Of a stretch of 64,000 nt of DNA, positions 10,592-20,985 are shown one piece after another; the first letter of the stretch is position 1; each line of letters begins with the position of its first letter. The stretch is from Candidatus Latescibacterota bacterium (lineage in GTDB: Bacteria; Latescibacterota; UBA2968; UBA8231). The notes under the pieces were generated by a model. The model saw only the letters and a program-made list of their open reading frames with translations. It did no database searches and had not been told where the DNA came from. Location: positions 2,048,001 through 2,112,000 of the forward strand of contig CBDETY010000003.1 in the NCBI GenBank assembly GCA_965243025.1, written 5' to 3'. The position numbers and the translations under genes were made by a program.

Positions 10592-11257
10592 TCAATTCAC
10601 CTGGCGCCCGTCGAAGAGCCGCACCGTGCGCCGGGTGCGGTCGGCCAATCCCTGGTCGTGGGTTACCATGACGATGGTGGTCCCTTCTTCGTTGAGGGCG
10701 TCGAGTATGGCCATGATCTCGTTCCCCATGTGGCTGTCGAGGTTGCCGGTCGGCTCGTCGGCCAGCAGAATCTGCGGCCGGCCGACGATGGCCCGGGCTA
10801 CGGCCACCCGCTGCTGCTGCCCGCCCGACAGCTGCGCCGGGAAGTGCCGCAGCCGCGAGCCGAGCCCGACCCGCTCCAGGGCCTCCACCGCCATCCGGCG
10901 CCGCTCCCTGCCCGACAGGCCGCGGCGGTAGAGCAGCGGGACCTCGACGTTGTCGACGACGTTGAGGTCGGCGATCAGGTGGAAGGTTTGGAAGATGAAA
11001 CCGACCTCCTCGTTGCGGATGCGGGCAACGTGGCGGTCGGCGTAGGTGTTGATGTGCCGCCCGTTGAGGCTGACTTCGCCGGCGGTGGGCTCGTCGAGCA
11101 GGCCGATGACGTTGAGCAGGGTGCTCTTGCCCGACCCGGAGGGGCCCATCACCGAGATGAACTCCCCCTTGTCGACGGAGAGGTTGATGTTGCTCAGGGC
11201 CAGGGTCTCGATTCGGTCGGTGCGGTACACCTTCTCGACTTCTGCAAGTTGAATCAC
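10592..11257 (-). CDS. ABC transporter ATP-binding protein (LolD/MacB-like)
   Basis: [33 protein letters not shown]. Confidence 0.96.
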   Translation of the reverse strand: MIQLAEVEKVYRTDRIETLALSNINLSVDKGEFISVMGPSGSGKSTLLNVIGLLDEPTAGEVSLNGRHINTYADRHVARIRNEEVGFIFQTFHLIADLNVVDNVEVPLLYRRGLSGRERRRMAVEALERVGLGSRLRHFPAQLSGGQQQRVAVARAIVGRPQILLADEPTGNLDSHMGNEIMAILDALNEEGTTIVMVTHDQGLADRTRRTVRLFDGRQVN

Positions 11258-11267
11258 GGATGCCTCC

Positions 11268-12728
11268 TTATCTGATCGGAACCTCGTCCAGCTGCAGGTA
11301 GCTCTTCATGCTCGAAATGATCACCTCGTCCCCCTCCAGCAGGCCCTCCACCACCTCGTAGTTCTCGAAATTCGCCAGTCCGATGCGGACCTGGGTCTTC
11401 ACCGCGGTCTCGCCGTGGACGACGAAGACCTCGTGGAGGCCGGCCCCGCCGTTGATGAACGGCCCCCGCGCCAGGCGCAGGGAGCGTTCCCTGCGGTCGG
11501 TGACGATGTAGGCGTCGACCCGCTGGTTGGGCCGCAGCAGGGGGTGCGCCGGGTCCTCGAGCTCGACCTCGATATCGATGACGTTGTTGTCCACCGCGGG
11601 CAGGATGCGGGAGATGCGCCCCTCGACGTACGCGTCCTCGCCGACGCGCAGGCGCACCGGCAGCCCGGGGAGGAGCCGGTGGGCGTGGATGTCCGAAACC
11701 CTGGCGTCGACGCGGAAGGAGCTGAGGTCGGCGACGCGGGCGACCTCCTGGCCCTGACCGACCGGGGCCCCGACCACCGGGGAGACCGAGGTCAGCACTC
11801 CCTCCCTGTCGGCGCGGATGCGGGCCCGCTCCAGGCGGCGGCGCGCTTCCTCCCCCTCGCGCTCGAGGGTCTTCATCTCCAGCTGCAGGGCCTCGAGCTG
11901 AGCCCGGGTGGATTCGACCAGGTTGCTGCGGTTCTCTTCCAGCTGCCGCAGCTCGATGCCGGCGCGCTCCTCCTCGAGCTGCGCCTCCCCCAGCTGCTCC
12001 GCGGAGACCGCTCCGATACCCTGCAGCTCGCGGTACTGGGCGGTGCGGGTCCGCAGGCGCTCCAGGTCCAGTTTCTTGAGGCGCCAGCTCGTCTCCAGGT
12101 CGCCCAGTCTTTGGCGCTCCTCCAACTCGAGCCGGGTGCGCTGGTTCTGCTTGAGCGCCAGCTGTTCGGCCCGTTTCTCGACCTCGAGGCGCGCCGCGTT
12201 CAGGTCGAGCTCGACGATCGGCTCTCCCTTCTGCAGCCGGTCCCCCGGTTTGCGCAGAATGCGCACCAAGCGGGTGTGTACGGGACTGAAGAGGATCTGC
12301 TCGAACCGGGGGACCACCGTGCCCGAAGCGCTGATCGTCTCCTCCACGGGTCCCTGCTGCACCCGCGCGGTGCGGATGCGGTCCGAATCCACGGCCGGCC
12401 GGATCCAGCCCGGGAGCCAGACCAGGAGGGAGACGAGGGCGGCCAGTCCGGCCAGTGAACGCGCAATCTGCTTGAGACGGCGACGGCGCCGGAAAGACGG
12501 GTCCAGGGGGCGGTCCATGGGGTCCGGTTGAACAACTTCATTCCCGCGGGCGGCACTCCGCGGCCGGGAGCCTTTCTGGCCGGGAACTCTCGACAAGCAA
12601 CCCGGAGGCAGGGCTCCGTTGCTTCCCGGCTTGCGGGATTCGACACGGATGCCCGCCTCCCCCTCTCCGGTCTCGGGGTCTCTGTCTCGGCTGCGGAACC
12701 ATTTTTTCATCGGGCTCACAGGGTTCAC
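11268..12728 (-). CDS. Periplasmic adaptor / membrane fusion protein (HlyD/MacA family)
   Basis: Single TM, biotinyl-lipoyl GDRLQKGEPIVEL, coiled coil, GLLEGDEVIIS. Start is GTG 12728 (AAGGAG upstream) or ATG 12518 (MDRPL). Confidence 0.88.
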   Translation of the reverse strand: MNPVSPMKKWFRSRDRDPETGEGEAGIRVESRKPGSNGALPPGCLSRVPGQKGSRPRSAARGNEVVQPDPMDRPLDPSFRRRRRLKQIARSLAGLAALVSLLVWLPGWIRPAVDSDRIRTARVQQGPVEETISASGTVVPRFEQILFSPVHTRLVRILRKPGDRLQKGEPIVELDLNAARLEVEKRAEQLALKQNQRTRLELEERQRLGDLETSWRLKKLDLERLRTRTAQYRELQGIGAVSAEQLGEAQLEEERAGIELRQLEENRSNLVESTRAQLEALQLEMKTLEREGEEARRRLERARIRADREGVLTSVSPVVGAPVGQGQEVARVADLSSFRVDARVSDIHAHRLLPGLPVRLRVGEDAYVEGRISRILPAVDNNVIDIEVELEDPAHPLLRPNQRVDAYIVTDRRERSLRLARGPFINGGAGLHEVFVVHGETAVKTQVRIGLANFENYEVVEGLLEGDEVIISSMKSYLQLDEVPIR

Positions 12729-12750
12729 CAGCTCCTTCCGCCCGCATCCT

Positions 12751-12766
12751 TACAATTTCCATGCCA
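12751..12766 (-). promoter_or_regulatory. Sigma-54 -24/-12 promoter of the exporter operon
   Basis: Minus strand TGGCATGGAAATTGTA versus consensus TGGCACGNNNNTTGCW, correct spacing; a sigma-54 activator is encoded in the same operon. Confidence 0.7.
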
Positions 12767-12820
12767 GAGTGCAGCAGCACCTCACTCCCCTGTCCGCGGG
12801 CTTGTACGGGCTGTCCTCCC

Positions 12821-12857
12821 CTGTTCGATTTCGAACAGCCGCAGCCGATTCCGGACA
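12821..12857. promoter_or_regulatory. Tandem upstream activating sequences (enhancer sites)
   Basis: Perfect inverted repeat CTGTTCGA-TT-TCGAACAG (TGT-N10-ACA) at 12821-12838; degenerate copy CAGCCGATTCCGGACA 20 bp away. Confidence 0.55.
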
Positions 12858-12973
12858 CTCTGCTCCATGAGTGGCACCCGCCTCGGGGCGAAGCTGGTTA
12901 GTGCACCGTGGGCTTGGATCCAGATGGATCGCCCTGAAAATCCGACCTTGATTGTTTGACAATCAGATCATGA

Positions 12974-14251
12974 ATGATTATCAATCGCGACGTGAACGAT
13001 TTGCAAAAAACTGTTCCCAGGTACCAGACCTCCGCCCTGGCCCGCACCCTCGGCCGACATCCGGTCGTCGTGTTGCACGGGGCGCGCCAGACAGGCAAGA
13101 CGACCATCGCAACCCTTCCCGAGGTCTCCGGGGAACGAGTCTACCTCACCCTGGACGATTTCCAGACCCGCGAGCTGGCGCAACGCGATCCGGACGCCCT
13201 GTTCATTGGCCGAAATCGCGTCACCCTCGATGAGGTCCAGAAGGAGCCGGACCTCCTGCTCGCGGTGAAAAGGGCCGTGGACGCCGACCGCCGGGCAGGC
13301 CGGTTCCTGCTCACAGGCTCCGCCAACCTGCTTCTCATGCGCCAGGTGTCGGAGAGCCTTGCGGGTCGCGCCGTCTATTTTCAGCTGCCCGGACTGACCT
13401 GGGCGGAGGTTGAAGGCCGGGAGTTCGGAAGGAATCTCGAGGTCCTGGTGCGCGAGCGGTCCCTCGAGGCCGTGCTCGCCGGGCTCGAGCCGGCCCCCAC
13501 GCCTGTCCGCTCTTTGCAGGAGGCGATCATGGCTGGAAGCTACCCTGTTCCATGCCTGAGTCCGGACGCGGAGTTCCGAACCCGGTGGTTCGACGGGTAC
13601 ATCCAGACCTATCTCGAACGCGACATGCGCGATTTGTCGGCGACCGACAACCTCGTCGACTTTCGCCGTCTCATGCAGATCGCCGCCGGCCAGAACGGAC
13701 GTCTTGCCAACACCGCCTCGCTCTCCCGCGACGCCGGTCTTTCACCAGCCACGGCACGGCGATACCTGGGAACCCTCGAGGTCTCGTTCCAGCTGCTGCG
13801 CATCCCCGCCTATTCGGTCAACCGGGGCAAACGCCTCATCAAGGCGCCGAAGCTGTTCTGGTCGGACACCGGGCTCGCCGCGCACCTCGCCGGCATCTTC
13901 GACGGGAAAACCCTGCAGGAAAGCCGGGAGTGGGGGGCATGGCTGGAAAACTGGGTATGCATTCATCTCCTGGCGTTCGCATCGCTTCAGGTGCCGCGGA
14001 TCTCCCTCTGCCACTGGCGCACCGCGGCCGGGGAGGAGGTGGACTTCGTCCTGGAATCCGGCCTCACGCCCCTGCCGCTCGAAATCAAGACGACCGCTCG
14101 CCCAAGGGGAGACGACGCCCGCGGCCTCGAAGCCTTTCTCGACACCTATCCGGAAGCGCCGTTCGGGATCCTCGCCTGCGGCTGTTCGGAGGCCCATGCG
14201 CTCAGCTCCCGCGTGGTCGCCCTCCCGGTCGCCGACCTGCTCCTCGGCTGA
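12974..14251 (+). CDS. ATP-binding protein, AAA_14 + DUF4143 (COG1373)
   Basis: HGARQTGKTT, LDEVQK, LLTGSA, YLERD, KAPKLFWSDTGL, EEVDFV...LEIK. Confidence 0.9.
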   Translation: MIINRDVNDLQKTVPRYQTSALARTLGRHPVVVLHGARQTGKTTIATLPEVSGERVYLTLDDFQTRELAQRDPDALFIGRNRVTLDEVQKEPDLLLAVKRAVDADRRAGRFLLTGSANLLLMRQVSESLAGRAVYFQLPGLTWAEVEGREFGRNLEVLVRERSLEAVLAGLEPAPTPVRSLQEAIMAGSYPVPCLSPDAEFRTRWFDGYIQTYLERDMRDLSATDNLVDFRRLMQIAAGQNGRLANTASLSRDAGLSPATARRYLGTLEVSFQLLRIPAYSVNRGKRLIKAPKLFWSDTGLAAHLAGIFDGKTLQESREWGAWLENWVCIHLLAFASLQVPRISLCHWRTAAGEEVDFVLESGLTPLPLEIKTTARPRGDDARGLEAFLDTYPEAPFGILACGCSEAHALSSRVVALPVADLLLG

Positions 14252-14314
14252 CCCGCTACCCACCGGAAGGGATCTTCCTGCTTCCAACAACCCAATCCAC
14301 ATGGAGAAAAAGCC

Positions 14315-15196
14315 ATGACCGAACACGCCAACACCTCGCACTCGATCACCGATGAAACGGTGGAGATGTCGACCGACGAGAAGTACCTCTTCGACCTGAC
14401 CGGGTTCCTGATCGTGCGTGACGTGCTGAGCCCGGAGCACCTGAAGCTCGCCAACGAGGCGATCGATTCCATGGAGCTCAACCCGAGCCCGGAGTACTTC
14501 GGCGATTCAGCGGCCCTGAAGGGGGAGAACAGCTCGACCCGCCTCGGCAACAGCGAGGGCCTGATGGAGCTGCCCCATCCGTACTGCGAGCCCTTCCGGG
14601 AGATGCTGGCGCACCCGAAAACCATCCCCCACCTCAACACCATCCTCGGGGAGGGCTGGCGCCTCGACCACGGCCCCGGCCTGATCGCCATGGACAAGGG
14701 ATGCTCCGGGGGCATGCTGCACGGCAACTTCGACAACGCCCCCTATTTCTACCGCGAGGGCAGGATCTTCACCGGGCTCTGCGTCATCGAGTACCTGCTC
14801 GCCGACGAAGGCCCCGGCGACGGCGGCGTCTGCGTCGTTCCCGGCAGCCACAAGGCGAACCTCGCCTGTCCGGCGAAGATGCGGAGGTGGGAGCAGTACC
14901 GTGAATTCGTCACCGAGATCAACGCCAGGGCCGGCGACGCCGTCATTTTCAGCGAGGCGTGCACCCACGGCACCCTCCCGTGGAACGCCGACCACCAGCG
15001 CCGGGCCATCCTCTACAAATACAACACCGGCCACATGTCCTGGGGCGGAGGCGGACTTCGCGGGCGGCGTCCTGATTTCTGGGACGAGCTCACCCCGCCC
15101 CAGCAGGCGGCTCTGCTGCTGCCCTCCCACCATTCCCGCAGGCCCAAGGCGAGCAACGGGTACGAGGGGCTCGCCGAGGTGGAGGACTCGGTCTGA
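14315..15196 (+). CDS. Phytanoyl-CoA dioxygenase (PhyH) family Fe(II)/2OG enzyme with atypical H-G-N motif
   Basis: YLFDLTGFLIV, VVPGSHK, AGDAVIF, THGTLPW, HQRRA. Confidence 0.85.
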   Translation: MTEHANTSHSITDETVEMSTDEKYLFDLTGFLIVRDVLSPEHLKLANEAIDSMELNPSPEYFGDSAALKGENSSTRLGNSEGLMELPHPYCEPFREMLAHPKTIPHLNTILGEGWRLDHGPGLIAMDKGCSGGMLHGNFDNAPYFYREGRIFTGLCVIEYLLADEGPGDGGVCVVPGSHKANLACPAKMRRWEQYREFVTEINARAGDAVIFSEACTHGTLPWNADHQRRAILYKYNTGHMSWGGGGLRGRRPDFWDELTPPQQAALLLPSHHSRRPKASNGYEGLAEVEDSV

Positions 15197-15214
15197 GAAT
15201 ACCGCCGTCCGCCG

Positions 15215-17724
15215 TCAGCGGATCAGGGCCATCCGCCCCGCCGCGGTGAAGTCCGCCCCGGCGGCGAGCCGGTACAGGTAGACCCCGCTGGCGACCGGGC
15301 GGCCCTCCCCGTCGAGGCCGTTCCAGGAGCTGCGGTGGTGACCGGCGGCCAGGCCCTCCCCCCGTGCAGTTCGCGAACCATGCGTCCGAGCAGGTCGTGG
15401 ACAACCAGGCGCACCGGCAGGGTTTCGGGCAGGTCGAAGGCGATGGTCGTGGAGGCGTTGAACGGGTTGGGCCAGTTTGCGTGCAACCGGAACGCCCCGG
15501 GCGTTTCCGCGGCCCGGTCGAGGACCGCGCTCGCGACCCGGTTCGGGGCTCCCGGCGTAGGATTGCTCACGGTCTGAAACTCCCCGGTGACGTCGGGGAT
15601 GCGCGCCCAGCTGGTTCCCTCGTCCGCCTCTCCCCTTTCCCAGTCGACCTCGGCCACCAGCAGACCGCCGGCGGTCCAGATGCCGAGCTCTTCGTCGCGG
15701 CCGAGGGCAAAGCCCGGCCACCCGTCCTTGTCGAGCTCGACCTGGAGGTAGGCACCCGCCTCGATGACCGTGCCCTCCGGGAAAGGGGTGCGCTTCCCGG
15801 CGTCGGTCAGATCGTCGGCCATGAGGAAGTCGGCGAGATCCATCGGCTCATCGGAGGCATTGTATAGCTCGAACCAGTCCAGGGGATCTCCCTGGGCGGC
15901 GACCTCGTTGACGATCAGCCCGATCCGCGCCCCGATTTCCCCGGCGCCCTCCTCGGTGTAAGCGCCGCCCCGGAAGTCCACGAAGTTGCCGTGGAACAGG
16001 CCGGAAACCCTGTCCCCGGAATCGGTGCCGGCCTCGTCCAGCTCGATCCTTCCCGTGGCGATCAGGTCCCACTGGTTCGGGGGTGAATCCGCTGACGGCA
16101 ACACCACGCGGAAGCCGCGGACCGATTCCAGGTCGATGGGCAGGCTGGCGCCGCTTTTCATCCGGTCGATCGGCAGCGAAACGGTCAGGATGTCTATGGA
16201 AAAATCCTCCCCGAGGCTGACGATGGTTACCGACGCCCTGTCCCTGTCGACGCGTCCTTCCTCCTCGGCGAGGCCGGAAACGACTCCCGAGCCCAGGAAG
16301 CTCTGCTGCTCCCCCTCCAGCTGGTAATGGATGAACGAGACCTTCCCTTCCTCCAGGGGATTCTCGCTCTCGGCCGATCCCCATGTGGTCTCGAAGCGCA
16401 GCTCGAACGCCCCTTTCTCCGGCCAGCAGAAGGGCTCGGTCAGGGGCCAGGGCCAGGTGGGCGGCTGCGGATCGAGATCGGCCAGAACCGCGGCCCGCCG
16501 CCCGCGGATGAACCGGCGCACCCGTTCTGCATCCCTGGCGGCATCGGCCCGCCTTTCCGGCAGCGCGTGCCGCCTGACGATCCCCTCCATTTCGTCGGCG
16601 AGTCCGAGCAGCTCTTCCTCGTTCCAGACCGTGTCGAGCAGTTGCTTCAGGCGGGCGACGTAGTCCGCCCGCGTCGCCTCCTCGCGGTACAGACGGTGGG
16701 GGATGGCCCCGTGCGCCAGGACCGAAGCCGGCGACCTGAAATCGTCGAAAGGGACATCGGTCGTGGTGAAAACCTGGTCGGCGCCCCAGGGAATGAACTG
16801 GAAGGGACCGTCCGGCTCGCGGTAGACGAAGTAGTTGTTGCGGTTGCCGGCGTACCCGTCCCAGTGGCCGATCAGCACCTCGACGGCCCAGAAGGTGAGG
16901 AAGCGGTCGAGGTCGACTGCCTCGGCGAGTGCTTCCAGTCCGTCCGGGGATGGGTCCTGCAGCGCCGCGACGACCGCGTCGATGTCCGACCAGTCCCCTT
17001 CCTCCTCGTTGGTCTTCTTCTGGAAGGTGCCGCGCCAGTCCGGGCGGAAGTCGCTGATGGTCCCTTCGTACAGGTTGCCCCCTGGATCGGGGAAATTGCG
17101 CTCGAGAAAGGCGGCCTTGATGCTCTCGACGTTCGCGAACAGGCCCAGGTTTTCGCCGTTGACCGATACGGTGGCGAAGTTGCAGCGCGGCGCCGGCAGG
17201 CCGGCGGAAGCGAAGACGCGGTAGGCCATGCAGGTGTTGAGCATGGACGGGTCCTGCTGGGCGTTGTTGAGGGTCAGGCGCCTCACCGCGCCGCCGAGAA
17301 GCTGGCCGTCGACGAACCTGTCGAAGCGGACCTTGAGCGCCGGTTTCACTTCGCTCAGCGATCCGAGGAACCCCTTCTTGCGCACCCCGGCCCGGGTGTG
17401 GGTTTCCCCGTCCACGGTCACGGTCGCCTCGAACCAGGTGAAGATCTCGTCCGCCGGGCTGTCGAGGCAGTCGGCCCCGGCGAGCAGATCGAAGAGGGTC
17501 CGCGTCTGACCGCGCAGGCGGTCCCAGTCCCCGGGTTCCATCTCGATGCTCACGTCGAGCACGCGGTCGAGGGCGAACCAGGGATCCCTGGGATCGGAGG
17601 TGTCTGGCGGGGTCTGTCCGGACGACGGCCGGACCCCCAGTAGAAGCCCGGCTGCCAGCAGGTATCTCCACTTCCGGGTCGGGGGAACTTCCTTCAACCG
17701 GGCCCGCCCCCGGTTCCCGCTCAT
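15215..17724 (-). CDS. CotH kinase-family + lamin-tail + FlgD-Ig (T9SS-CTD-like) protein, frameshifted at about 15360
   Basis: CotH motifs (KPALKVRF, LTLNNAQQDPS, NLYEG, HWDGYAGNRNNY, FIPWGAD); LTD (IVNEV...DWFELYN...PTPGAPN); NWPNPFNAST. The terminal part WNGLDGEGRPVASGVYLYRL lies in another frame ending at 15215. Confidence 0.8.
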
Positions 17725-17800
17725 TGCGTGTCCGTTGTCCGCGCCAGTGCCGGCGCCCTGCAATCCGCGCAGCGGAGATTTCCGATCGATGCGGCGCCGC

Positions 17801-18889
17801 TCACAGCGGCATGTACGACAGGTCCAAGACCCTTTCGACGAGCCAGCCGAGCCCGAACAGCAGCACGATGACGGAGACCCCCTTGATGAAGGCGCCCCGG
17901 AAGGCGCTGCGGCCGATCCAGATGACGAGCGGCAGCAGCACGGCCACGATGGCGACCTGGCCGATCTCCACCCCGACGTTGAAGGCCAGCAGGGAGGCGA
18001 TCAGCTCCTGCGACTTCGTCGGCAGGCCCAGTTCGCGCAGCACGTTGGCGAACCCGAAGCCGTGGACGAGGCCGAAGAAAAAGGTCAGGCGCCAGCGGTG
18101 CGCGGGCCTGGGCTTCCACAGGTTCTCGGCGGCGACGTAGGCGATGCTGAAGGCGATGCCGGCCTCGACCAGCCTCCCCGGCAGGGAGACGACGTCGAGG
18201 GCCGCCAGGATCAGGGTGATGCTGTGGGCGACGGTAAAGGCGGTGACCACCTTGACCAGGGCCAGCGGCCGGCCGCCGATGGCGATCAGGGCCAGCAGGA
18301 ACATCAAGTGGTCGTACCCGAGGAAGATGTGCTCGATGCCGAGGACGGTGAAGTCGACGACGTGGTCGAGGAGGCCGGGATCGCGCAGCCGGAACTGGCG
18401 CTGCGGAGTCTCCGCGTGCAGCACCACCGCCTGTCCCGGCCGGTCCCCGGCCTGCAGCTTGACGAGGCAGCGGTGGTCGGGGGCGAAGCGGTCGAACAGG
18501 TCGAAACGGACCTCGAGGGTCTCCGGATCTTCCGGGAGCCGCCCCCGCAGGGGCACGTCGAGAAAGAGGTTTCCCTTGTCGTCGAGGCGCAGGCTCCCCT
18601 CGCCGGCGGACAGTTTCACCGGATCCCCTTCCGCGGTGATCTTCAGGGCCTGCTCGAGGAAAGTCTCGACCGTGTCGCTGCCGGCGAGCATCTCCAGCCG
18701 CCGCAGCATGCCGTCCCCGTCCGCGTCGAGATCGAAGGCGGCCATGAGGTCGGTCTCGTCGAAGGAGACCCTTGCCTCAAGGCTTCCGTCCCCGGCGATA
18801 TCCAGGTTGATGTAGCTGGTGTTGATCTTGTGGGCGGCGGCGCCGGCCGGGGGCAGGAGCAGGGCGAGGGCAACGGCCAGGCAGCGCAT
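17801..18889 (-). CDS. HupE/UreJ-family membrane protein with N-terminal periplasmic domain
   Basis: Signal peptide then AH; LGIEHIFLGYDHLMFL, TAFTVAHSITL, FGLVHGFGFA, AFNVGVEIGQ. Confidence 0.9.
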   Translation of the reverse strand: MRCLAVALALLLPPAGAAAHKINTSYINLDIAGDGSLEARVSFDETDLMAAFDLDADGDGMLRRLEMLAGSDTVETFLEQALKITAEGDPVKLSAGEGSLRLDDKGNLFLDVPLRGRLPEDPETLEVRFDLFDRFAPDHRCLVKLQAGDRPGQAVVLHAETPQRQFRLRDPGLLDHVVDFTVLGIEHIFLGYDHLMFLLALIAIGGRPLALVKVVTAFTVAHSITLILAALDVVSLPGRLVEAGIAFSIAYVAAENLWKPRPAHRWRLTFFFGLVHGFGFANVLRELGLPTKSQELIASLLAFNVGVEIGQVAIVAVLLPLVIWIGRSAFRGAFIKGVSVIVLLFGLGWLVERVLDLSYMPL

Positions 18890-18893
18890 CAGG

Positions 18894-19352
18894 CTACTCC
18901 TCTCCATCGAAATACTCCGCTTCGGTCATGCGCCCCAGTTTTCCCGGGGGCCGTATCAGCCACTTGTCGGAATCGGGATAGTATACGGGGTCGCTCACCG
19001 GATTGTCGGCGATCACGTAGTAGACGAGATCCTCGGTCTCGCTGGGGTTGCGGATCTGGTGGGCGGTGCCTGGGGGCTGCACGAAGGCGTCCCCTTGGCC
19101 TACCTCGAAGGTGCGGTCGTTGCGGCGCACGATCCCCCGGCCGCTGACCACGAGGTAGAACTCCCACTGCACCTGGTGGGCGTGGCAGGGGAAGTTGGTT
19201 TTTCCCGGCGGCAGCCGGACCCATTCGACCTCGAACGGCTGTCCCTCGGTCTCCAGGGCGCCTGAGACATCCTTTTCCGAGGCCCCATACTTGCCCGAAG
19301 GGGACTGGATGGATTCCTCCGCCAGCTCGGACACGTTGACTTTCTCGATCAT
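18894..19352 (-). CDS. Cupin-domain protein
   Basis: ATG at 19352 after GAGGTG; PCHAHQVQWEFYLV, PPGTAHQIRN, YYPDSDKW. Confidence 0.85.
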   Translation of the reverse strand: MIEKVNVSELAEESIQSPSGKYGASEKDVSGALETEGQPFEVEWVRLPPGKTNFPCHAHQVQWEFYLVVSGRGIVRRNDRTFEVGQGDAFVQPPGTAHQIRNPSETEDLVYYVIADNPVSDPVYYPDSDKWLIRPPGKLGRMTEAEYFDGEE

Positions 19353-19452
19353 GGTCTCACCTCTTGCTGATCCGTTTCTGGAATTGCCGGTGCTGTTTCG
19401 CGCCGCCTCATGAGCGGCGTGTGGCGGAACGGTCCGCGGACCCGAGACGAAG

Positions 19453-19501
19453 CGCTGCGGCCTCTCGCTGCGGCCTCTCGCTGCGGCCTCTCGCTGCGGC
19501 C
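19453..19501. repeat. 13-bp tandem repeat CGCTGCGGCCTCT, about 3.8 copies
   Basis: Three exact copies (19453, 19466, 19479) plus a 10-bp partial copy, intergenic. Confidence 0.9.
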
Positions 19502-19561
19502 CCCCGCGAGCCAAACGCCATGAGCTGATTGTACCTCCGCCGCCCGGGCTTTGTGCCCGCG

Positions 19562-20752
19562 CTAGTCGAAGAATCCGGCGTCCTCTTCCGACAGGTGCCG
19601 CTTCGCCTCCTCGACGACGAACTCCACCCCCATCCCCGGGGTGTCCCACACGTCGATGTGCCCTTCGACGACGATCGGGTCCGGCAGCCCGTCGACCATG
19701 TCGAGCCAGGACTTCTCGTACCCCCCCGGCATCTCGAAGGCGATGTAGTTCCGCGGCAGGGTGGCGGCGAGATGCACGTGAGCCGCCAGTCCGAACAGCC
19801 CGTCGATCACCCCGTGCGGGGCCATCAGGATGCCGTGGAGGTCGGCGTACTCGGCGATCCACTTGGTTTCGGCTATGCCGCCGACGTCGGCCGGGTCCGG
19901 GCCCACGACGTTCACCGCCTGCTTTTCGAACAGCTCCTTGAAGTGCTGCCGCAGGTAGATCTGCTCCCCTGTGTGAATCGGCGTCGAGGTGCTGCGGGTC
20001 ACCTCCCGGTAGAGGTCGGCGAGCACGTACGGGACGTAATCGCCGGTGATCATGTCCTCGAGCCACATCAGGTTCAGCGGCTCAACCGCCCGGGCCAGCC
20101 GTATCGAGTCGGGCACCGTCATTCCCGGACCGCAGTCGAGGGCGAGGCCGATCCCGTCCCCCAGCTCCTGCTTCATCGCCTCGGCGCAGGCGATCACGTG
20201 CTTCAGTCCGCGCTCGGTCAGCGGGCCCCGGTTGGCGTGCCAGCGGCCGCCCGAGGTCTCCCCGTAAAAGAAGCCGGGGACGTCGTTGGGCATGCCGCTG
20301 TGGAAGGAGACGCCCATCTTGCACAGGGTGAACCCCTCGGGCAGCTCCCTTATAGCGCGGGCCGCGGCGGCGTACTCCTCGGGGAGGGAGCTGGTCACCG
20401 GCACCGGGGCGCCGGTCAGGTAGACCCGCACGCGGTCGCGGATCTTGCCGCCGAGCAGCTTGTACACCGGAACCCCGGCGGCCTTTCCGGCGATGTCCCA
20501 GAGCGCCATCTCGATGGCGCTGACGGCGCTGCCCCAGGGCTTGAAGCCGCCGAGCCTGCGGATGCCGAGCATGACGCGCTCGACGTCGGTCGGGTCCATG
20601 CCGAGAACGAGGTCGCGGTAGAAGAGGACGTGGGGCTTGAGGTAGCGCTTGGATGATTCCACCTGCCCGGTCCCGACGATCCCCTCGTCGGTGAGGATGC
20701 GGATTATCGGATGGTCGCCGATGACGGCGCACCTCAGATCGACAATCTTCAT
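19562..20752 (-). other. Mandelate racemase / acid-sugar dehydratase-like enolase-superfamily enzyme
   Basis: SAIEMALWDIAGKAAGVPVYKLLGG; metal ligands LDC, LED, TGEQ; MAPH. Confidence 0.9.
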
Positions 20753-20985
20753 TGGGGTCTGTCCTTTACTGTGGTTGCTTTCCGGCGGTGCGCGGAGATT
20801 CGCCGGGGGTAATGCTGTCCCTTGTTGAAAATCGTTTCAGGATGTGAATTCGGAGCAGGGGCCTGCAGCCCGGAAGGAGTTATTGCCGGGGCGGCCCGGT
20901 ACGTTCCTGCGAAAGGGAAAAATATACCTGTCGTCAGAAATCGGCGATCATATAGCGGACCGCCGGTTCAGCATTCGAGGAGAAA

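Noticed and set aside
19453-19501. CRISPR array
   Set aside because: The repeats are contiguous 13-mers without spacers, and there are no cas genes.
20826-20839. TGAAA-ATCG-TTTCA palindrome as a LacI/cre-type operator
   Set aside because: The central CG is off-axis, it is a single instance, and no LacI gene is in the window.
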